DNA of 32,000 nucleotides from Nitrosopumilus maritimus SCM1 (GTDB lineage Archaea; Thermoproteota; Nitrososphaeria; Nitrososphaerales; Nitrosopumilaceae): NCBI RefSeq assembly GCF_000018465.1, contig NC_010085.1, positions 90,001 to 122,000 of the forward strand, read 5' to 3'. Shown piece by piece: positions 26,426 to 32,000 of this stretch (position 1 is its first letter; each line of letters starts with the position of its first letter). The notes under the pieces were generated by a model. It saw only the letters and a program-made list of their open reading frames with translations, ran no database searches and was not told where the DNA came from. The position numbers and the translations under genes were made by a program.

Positions 26426-27607
26426 TTAATGTGGAATCATTGGGAAAATTTTATTATAAATTGAATCTGCCATTATTTCATTTCCAAAGTCACTCATATG
26501 TCCTTCATCAAGATATATGTTTATACCATTCATTTCTGAAAATGAATTCCTGAGATCAAAAATATTATCACAATATTTTACTTCACCAGTATTCAAATTA
26601 ATTTCTCTGAGGTATGTTGAATACTCATTTATGAACGAAGTATCGTTCATTATCCGTTTTTCATCATCACCAATTACTCTATCACTAGTTCCCAAAATTG
26701 GTTGTATGAAATTAACAACCGTAAAATCATTTGTTTGTCCTAGTTCGCATGTTTTAGACCAATATTTTTTCATATAATTTTGAATGAATTCGACTATTTT
26801 TGGATCAACTTTGCCTTTTTTTACATCTAATTTGGAATTGTCAATGTTTTCAAGTGTAGGTTGCTCATTAACAATATTTTTATAAAAAATGAATAACCCA
26901 ATACCTGTTTTGAAATTAATGCGTTCAAAAAATTTGATGAGTCCAGAGCCTGAACCTGAAGAAGAGTTGAATCTATCAAATGACATATTGTTTAAAAGAG
27001 CATCATTTAAAATAAATTCTTGGTAAGGGATATTAAATTTTGTCAAATTAAAACCTGCCACATCATTCCACCCATCATACATAATTACCATATCAGGATC
27101 AAATCTTAGTATGAGATTTTCTAGCACATAAAACTCGTCAATGGTTGCAGCACCACTAACTCCCACATTAATTACTTTAACATTATATCCTTCATCACGT
27201 AATTTTTTTTCTAAATATCCTGGAATTGTTGTTTCATCAGATGTAGAAATATTCCCAAAAGCTGTAGAACCCCCAAAAAAGAAAATCCTATATTCATCAT
27301 CAAGGAATTTTATTTCTTCACCTCTCCAACCATCAGAATTTATGTTGACATATTTTCCATGTTGATCAGGAACATGTAATCTTACAGGTGCATCAAACAT
27401 GGAAACGTCATTAGCTAAAGTATATTCTCTGCATAAAACCTGCTTATCATACTCTGAAAAATAATCAAAAAATGAACTATTCAAACTATCACATTCCATT
27501 GAAAATAAATAAGTAATATGAAGAGATACTTCAATACCAATCAACAAAATTATTCCTAAAATTAGAAAAAATATGAATTGCTTTCCACTAGAAACTTGAA
27601 CAGACAT
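26426..27607 (-). CDS. Membrane-anchored SGNH/GDSL-family hydrolase or acyltransferase
   Basis: An N-terminal transmembrane helix (FIFFLILGIILLIGI) is present. Block I is FFFGGSTAFG (Ser retained, with GGS instead of GDS). Block III is YDGWND. Block V is DEGH (DxxH). The ATG directly abuts the carbamoyltransferase stop (TAAATG). Confidence 0.65.
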   Translation of the reverse strand: MSVQVSSGKQFIFFLILGIILLIGIEVSLHITYLFSMECDSLNSSFFDYFSEYDKQVLCREYTLANDVSMFDAPVRLHVPDQHGKYVNINSDGWRGEEIKFLDDEYRIFFFGGSTAFGNISTSDETTIPGYLEKKLRDEGYNVKVINVGVSGAATIDEFYVLENLILRFDPDMVIMYDGWNDVAGFNLTKFNIPYQEFILNDALLNNMSFDRFNSSSGSGSGLIKFFERINFKTGIGLFIFYKNIVNEQPTLENIDNSKLDVKKGKVDPKIVEFIQNYMKKYWSKTCELGQTNDFTVVNFIQPILGTSDRVIGDDEKRIMNDTSFINEYSTYLREINLNTGEVKYCDNIFDLRNSFSEMNGINIYLDEGHMSDFGNEIMADSIYNKIFPMIPH

Positions 27608-29311
27608 TTACTTTTCCACCAAATTATTCCCCAAAACAATAAAATCCATATTTGTTTTGGTAATCATATTGTAAGCCTGTTCAGGAGTATTGACAATTGG
27701 CTCCCCCATGACATTCATGGATGTATTAATAATTACTGGAACCCCAGTGATTTTATAAAATTCTAAAATCAAGTTATAGTAAAGTGGATTAGCATCACGA
27801 TTTACAGTTTGTAATCTACCAGTACCATCAACATGTGTCACTGCTGGAATATCTTGTGGTTTCTTAACAGGAGCAACAAACAACATGTAAGGGCTAATTC
27901 TGTCAATTTCGAAATATTCTGAAGTATATTCTTCAAGTATTGATGGGGCAAATGGTCTAAATGATTCTCTGTGTTTGATCTTTTCATTTAGAACATCCTT
28001 CATCTCTGATTTTCTAGGATCAGCCAGAATACTTCTACATCCCAAAGCTCTTGGACCCCATTCCATTTTACCCTGATACCAACCAACAATTTTTCCATCA
28101 GAGATAAGCCGAGCTGTTTTTTTTAGTAATTCATCACATTCTAATTTCTCATAAGAGATATTCATAGAATCTAAAAATTCTACTATCTGTTCATTTGAAT
28201 ACGATGGTCCAACATAAGCGTTTTCTGAAATTATCTTAGAGGAGTCATTTTCAATTAATCTGGTTTTTTTGTGGTGAATGTAGTAAAGATACTGCGCACA
28301 GCCAATTGCACTACCTGCATCTCCCGGGGATGGGGGTATGTGTAAATTATCAAACGGTCCTTCTCTAAGAATACGATAATTTGCGACACCATTAAGAGCT
28401 ACGCCTCCTCCAAGACACAAATTTTTTGAATTTGTTTTCTCATACACGTGATGTGTCATCTTTAACAAAATATCCTCCAATACCTTTTGTACACTAGCAC
28501 CAATGTCATAGTGTATTTGTTCTGTTTTTTCATTTTTCTTTCTAGGATTGATTCCAAATAATTTTGAAAATTTTTGATTTGTCATTACCTTGTCATACGT
28601 AAATGCAAAATATTTCATATCAAGATGAATTGAACCATCATCTTTAACATCAATCAAATTGTTTAAAATTGTATCATAGTACTTAGGTTTTCCATAAGAT
28701 GCGAGACCCATGAGTTTGTACTCACCCTCATTTACCTGAAAACCTAGAAAGTAAGTGAATGCTGAATAAAACAATCCTAATGAATTAGGCCATCGGATAT
28801 CATGAGTCAATGTAATAGAATTGTCTGTGGCATGACCAAATGATGTTGTGCTCCATTCACCTACTCCATCCACAGTTAATATTGCAGATTCATCAAATTG
28901 TGATGTATAAAATGTATGAGATGCATGGGACATATGGTGATCAGGGAAAATAATTTCACCCTTAAATCCATTGAGTGCTTTGTTTATGTCATTTTTTATC
29001 CACAGTCTTTTGTGTAACCATTTTGGTATAGTATTAATAAAACTAAAGAGACCTCTTGGTGCGAATGTAATGTAATTATCAAGTAATCTTTCAAATTTTA
29101 AAATTGGTTTGTCATAAAACGCTACAGAATGAATCTCAGAGGGAGATATGTCTGCCTCATTAAGACACCACTCTATTGCCATATTTGGAAAATCATCATC
29201 AAATTTTTTTCTAGAGAATCGTTCTTCTTCAACTGCTGCAACTACATGACCGTCTTTGAGTAATGCTGCAGCCGAATCATGATAATAACAGGATATTCCA
29301 AGATTGTACAT
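27608..29311 (-). CDS. Carbamoyltransferase, NodU/CmcH/TobZ family
   Basis: The N-terminus MYNLGISCYYHDSAAALLKDGHVVAAVEEERFSRKK is the family signature. The 567-aa length fits the two-domain YrdC-like/Kae1-like enzymes. Confidence 0.88.
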   Translation of the reverse strand: MYNLGISCYYHDSAAALLKDGHVVAAVEEERFSRKKFDDDFPNMAIEWCLNEADISPSEIHSVAFYDKPILKFERLLDNYITFAPRGLFSFINTIPKWLHKRLWIKNDINKALNGFKGEIIFPDHHMSHASHTFYTSQFDESAILTVDGVGEWSTTSFGHATDNSITLTHDIRWPNSLGLFYSAFTYFLGFQVNEGEYKLMGLASYGKPKYYDTILNNLIDVKDDGSIHLDMKYFAFTYDKVMTNQKFSKLFGINPRKKNEKTEQIHYDIGASVQKVLEDILLKMTHHVYEKTNSKNLCLGGGVALNGVANYRILREGPFDNLHIPPSPGDAGSAIGCAQYLYYIHHKKTRLIENDSSKIISENAYVGPSYSNEQIVEFLDSMNISYEKLECDELLKKTARLISDGKIVGWYQGKMEWGPRALGCRSILADPRKSEMKDVLNEKIKHRESFRPFAPSILEEYTSEYFEIDRISPYMLFVAPVKKPQDIPAVTHVDGTGRLQTVNRDANPLYYNLILEFYKITGVPVIINTSMNVMGEPIVNTPEQAYNMITKTNMDFIVLGNNLVEK

Positions 29312-29658
29312 TAAAACATCTTCCTAACATTATTTGATTCTATTTGCAACCAGTAAGAATTTTGTTGTTTTTTAAGTCTGAGTAAATCAATTCTTAATAA
29401 TCTAAACAAAACGCCATAAATTGTAATTACAAACAAAAATAAAATTCCAAGAAATATTTTTGTGTTAATAATGGCAAAAATATCTAATCCTTTAGAAATT
29501 TTTATTGTAAAAATCTGTGTAATAGTAATTACGACTCCTACAAAAATTACCATGTATTCAATTGTAAAGACTCCTACTCCACTAGTAATAATAAAAAACC
29601 AAAATGACATTCCAGCAGTAACTGCTAGAGATTTAAATCTGGGGGAGGATGATTGCAT
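29311..29658 (-). CDS. SxtJ-like small membrane protein
   Basis: It has 3-4 hydrophobic helices. The C-terminal LFRLLRIDLLRLKKQQNSYWLQIE resembles the SxtJ-family tail as I recall it. The stop overlaps the carbamoyltransferase ATG (TAATG). The preferred ATG at 29658 lies 1 nt after the upstream micro-ORF stop; the track start at 29682 is the alternative. Confidence 0.55.
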   Translation of the reverse strand: MQSSSPRFKSLAVTAGMSFWFFIITSGVGVFTIEYMVIFVGVVITITQIFTIKISKGLDIFAIINTKIFLGILFLFVITIYGVLFRLLRIDLLRLKKQQNSYWLQIESNNVRKMF

Positions 29659-29659
29659 A

Positions 29660-29812
29660 TTAAATCGGATAAATGAATGCAACCAATCCTGATTGGGCTA
29701 ATGATGTAATTCCTATTAGTACAATTAATAATACAATAATTGGAAACATATAGAATTTTCTTTTTTTAACATATAGTTGAAAAATCTCTTTAATTACTGA
29801 TAAACGTGACAT
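29660..29812 (-). CDS. DUF5989/SxtK-like 50-aa single-pass micro-protein, not in the ORF track
   Basis: My translation reads MSRLSVIKEIFQLYVKKRKFYMFPIIVLLIVLIGITSLAQSGLVAFIYPI*. The pattern is a basic KKRKF, then xPI, a hydrophobic helix and FIYP at the C-terminus, which matches the DUF5989 consensus as I recall it. Confidence 0.65.
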   Translation of the reverse strand: MSRLSVIKEIFQLYVKKRKFYMFPIIVLLIVLIGITSLAQSGLVAFIYPI

Positions 29813-29833
29813 AAGTGTGCTGTAATTTTTGGA

Positions 29834-29840
29834 TATTTAG
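29834..29840 (-). promoter_or_regulatory. TATA-like box for the four-gene carbamoyltransferase module
   Basis: TAAATAT (minus strand) is centred about 25 nt upstream of the micro-ORF ATG at 29812. Confidence 0.35.
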
Positions 29841-29961
29841 TTTTATTCAATATTTTAAATTAAAATGAATAAAGAATAATCATTTGTTCAAAAAAATTGG
29901 TAAATATTTATTAGATGGATCTCCAAATTATTGCGATTAACAATTCAAAAATAGCCATTTT

Positions 29962-30735
29962 TTAATTAGTAACTGGCTTAGGGGATGCTTTGTCTTTAAT
30001 TCCCTTCCAACTAGAAAGAGTGGTAAGAGTTGAAAAACACATCCATCTTCCATCATCTCTATTCCAATCTATATCTGAATCAGGATCAATTGGATCTACC
30101 CCGTGAGATATTTGTGGGTAAAATGCTATAGCATCACCCGGTGAAACTAAATTATCTACAAAAAGTTTCTCATTATTTTCATCTCTTACGAATAAACCTC
30201 CTTTTTTGTAATCTTTAGGGGCTGAGCTAAGGATCGTATCAATAACAAGTTTCTGACCTATATCGGGATCTTTGTGTTCTTGCATGTACCCACCTCCACA
30301 TGGATATTGTTGAATACTCGGAATCGAAATAAAATCATCATCTAAATTATTTAATGCATAATCTTCCTTTAATCCTGAAATTAAATTTCTTAATCTAAAT
30401 TGTCTTTTAAAATAATTTGCAATAGGATTTGTTTCTGAATTCCAATAAAAAAAACAATAAAGATGATTTATTCTTTTAACTTGTGATTTTTCTGGATTGT
30501 TATCTATTCTGTGAAAATTTGGAATGTTTAAATCAATTTCAGGACAAGAATCATGATTATTTTTTGCAAATTCTCGTGAAAATTCTCTAATTTCTTGTGC
30601 TTCTTTTTGAGAAAGCAGATTCTTAATAATTACTAAATTTTTTGATAGGATATTTTCCTTAATTTCATCAATGGATTTGTCTAATTTACACTCATCTCTA
30701 TTCCTATCTAAAACATTAACTTCTAAAATTTTCAA
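29962..30735 (-). CDS. Putative Fe(II)/2-oxoglutarate-dependent oxygenase
   Basis: It has an HxD motif (YMQEHKDPD), a distal His (YPQISHGVDP) and a downstream RxS (GRWMCFS). The start codon is TTG, with a TATA-like TTTTTATATAG about 25 nt upstream. Confidence 0.45.
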   Translation of the reverse strand: MKILEVNVLDRNRDECKLDKSIDEIKENILSKNLVIIKNLLSQKEAQEIREFSREFAKNNHDSCPEIDLNIPNFHRIDNNPEKSQVKRINHLYCFFYWNSETNPIANYFKRQFRLRNLISGLKEDYALNNLDDDFISIPSIQQYPCGGGYMQEHKDPDIGQKLVIDTILSSAPKDYKKGGLFVRDENNEKLFVDNLVSPGDAIAFYPQISHGVDPIDPDSDIDWNRDDGRWMCFSTLTTLSSWKGIKDKASPKPVTN

Positions 30736-30794
30736 TATTTTGTGATGATGTCATCTATATAAAAACATGTTTTTAAATCTAATTTTTGATTTTA

Positions 30795-30834
30795 TCACAC
30801 ATACCAATAAATTCTTAAAAATGAACATGTGTGA
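30795..30834. repeat. 8-bp perfect inverted repeat bracketing the neuB-family TATA box
   Basis: TCACACAT (30795-30802) is the reverse complement of ATGTGTGA (30827-30834). TTAAAAAT (30815-22) lies between the arms, about 24 nt upstream of ATG 30842. Confidence 0.6.
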
Positions 30835-30841
30835 ATTTTAG

Positions 30842-31897
30842 ATGATAACAATGAAATCTTTTTCTGCATTAGACCGAGTTTTTGTAATTGCTGAAGCTGG
30901 TTCTAATTGGAAATGTGGTGATTACTCTGACGATTTGGAACAAGCAAAAAAATTAATTGAAACTGCAGCAAAAGCCGGAGCAGATGCTGTAAAATTTCAA
31001 ACTTACAAACCTGAAACAATTTATGTTTCAGATGCAGGTAACAGTGATTATTTAGAAAAATATGGGATAAAAGAAAACATTAATGAAATTTTTGAACACT
31101 TATCCATGCCATATGAGATGATTCCTGAATTAAAGAAATATTGTGATGAAAAAAATATTCAATTTATGTCCACACCATTTTCAGTTCAAGATGCAAAAGA
31201 AGTTGATAAATTTACAGAAATTCATAAAGTTGCTTCATTTGAAATAAACCACATACGATTGCTAGAATTTTTGGCTAAAACTCAAAAACCCATAATTGTT
31301 TCAACGGGTGCTAGTACATTCAAAGAAATTGATTTTGCAATAAATCTAATTAGAAAGAACGGCAATGATAATATTGCTTTAATGCAATGCACCTCAAAAT
31401 ATCCCTGCCCTATTGATTCATTAAATCTAAAAACTATTTCAACGATGGGACAAAAATACAAAATTCCTGTTGGTCTTTCAGATCATTCATTAGATCCCAT
31501 CATTGGACCTATCACTGCAATTTCCCTTGGTGCAAAATTTATTGAAAAACACTTTACTTTAGACAAAAATTTACCTGGGCCAGATCACCCTTTTGCATTA
31601 AACCCAGATGAACTAGAATTAATGATTACTTCAATCCGTAATACTGAAAAAGCTCTTGGAACAGGCATAAAAGAAATTTTACCTGTTGAAGACGAACTCA
31701 GAAAATTTGCCAAACGTTCAATTCAAGCAATTCAAGATATTAAAAAAGGTGATTTATTGATTGAAGGACAAAATTTTGAAATTCTTCGACCTGGGAACAG
31801 ATTAAGAGGAATGGATCCACTTTATCTAGATACTATTTCTGGAAAAAAATCCAAAAAAGATGTTCAAAAAGGTGATGGAATCATTGATGTAGAATAA
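30842..31897 (+). CDS. neuB: Nonulosonic acid synthase, NeuB/LegI/PseI family, with C-terminal SAF domain
   Basis: VFVIAEAGSNWKCGD...AGADAVKFQTYK and LSDHS are NeuB-family motifs. The C-terminal region RSIQAIQDIKKGDLL...ILRPG is SAF-like. Confidence 0.85.
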   Translation: MITMKSFSALDRVFVIAEAGSNWKCGDYSDDLEQAKKLIETAAKAGADAVKFQTYKPETIYVSDAGNSDYLEKYGIKENINEIFEHLSMPYEMIPELKKYCDEKNIQFMSTPFSVQDAKEVDKFTEIHKVASFEINHIRLLEFLAKTQKPIIVSTGASTFKEIDFAINLIRKNGNDNIALMQCTSKYPCPIDSLNLKTISTMGQKYKIPVGLSDHSLDPIIGPITAISLGAKFIEKHFTLDKNLPGPDHPFALNPDELELMITSIRNTEKALGTGIKEILPVEDELRKFAKRSIQAIQDIKKGDLLIEGQNFEILRPGNRLRGMDPLYLDTISGKKSKKDVQKGDGIIDVE

Positions 31898-31899
31898 TG

Positions 31900-32000
31900 T
31901 TAATTACTAAACTTATTTACATTTTGAATTATTTTATCTACATCATTTTCAGAAAGGTTTGGATGTATGGGTAATGTGACAATTTTTGATGCTACAGATT
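31900..32000 (-). CDS. DegT/DnrJ/EryC1-family sugar aminotransferase, C-terminal fragment (gene start beyond the window)
   Basis: My translation of the minus strand reads ...SVASKIVTLPIHPNLSENDVDKIIQNVNKFSN*. (L/T)LPxHPxLxxxDxxxI is the typical C-terminus of this family. Confidence 0.6.
   Translation of the reverse strand, partial: SVASKIVTLPIHPNLSENDVDKIIQNVNKFSN

Noticed and set aside
29462..29692. Plus-strand 76-aa ORF
   Set aside because: It is antisense to the SxtJ-like and micro-protein genes, whose operon context is much stronger.
30743..30780. GUGAUGA C-box-like heptamer in the oxygenase/neuB spacer
   Set aside because: No D box (CUGA), C' box or terminal stem follows. The heptamer is probably chance or part of the oxygenase promoter region.
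1..32000. CRISPR arrays, tRNA or rRNA genes, transposases, integrases, toxin-antitoxin or known defence systems
   Set aside because: I looked for regularly spaced direct repeats, cloverleaf-capable GC-rich ~75-nt blocks and recombinase or nuclease motifs on both strands and found none. The only GC-rich non-coding blocks are the SRP RNA and the C/D sRNA.

Overview
The window looks like a low-GC marine ammonia-oxidising archaeon of the Nitrosopumilus type. The taxon is inferred from gene content and composition only. Positions 1-14.5 kb hold tightly packed archaeal housekeeping genes: gatE/gatD, Cdc48, a solitary uL2, acylphosphatase, 7S SRP RNA, a TtuA/NcsA tRNA thiolase, an M50 site-2 protease, CutA, Pelota, a C/D box sRNA, YjbQ, a TrmB-DtxR regulator pair and a Tes-like radical SAM enzyme. 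Positions 14.5-32 kb hold a mosaic cell-surface glycan island. It contains GT4, GT2 and GT-C glycosyltransferases, a flippase, RmlA/RmlB, three SDR enzymes with non-canonical catalytic motifs, and a NeuB-family synthase with a DegT aminotransferase fragment. The best candidate for an undescribed system is a translationally coupled four-gene module at 26.4-29.8 kb: a DUF5989/SxtK-like micro-protein, an SxtJ-like membrane protein, a NodU/CmcH carbamoyltransferase and a membrane-anchored SGNH hydrolase. Three features are missing from the ORF track and were found by reading the sequence: a 318-nt SRP RNA, a 61-nt C/D box sRNA, and two short ORFs (a 50-aa DUF5989-like protein and a 54-aa Cys-rich protein downstream of the DtxR repressor). 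I saw no CRISPR array, tRNA, rRNA, transposase or integrase. All family assignments rest on motifs read by eye; no database search was run.
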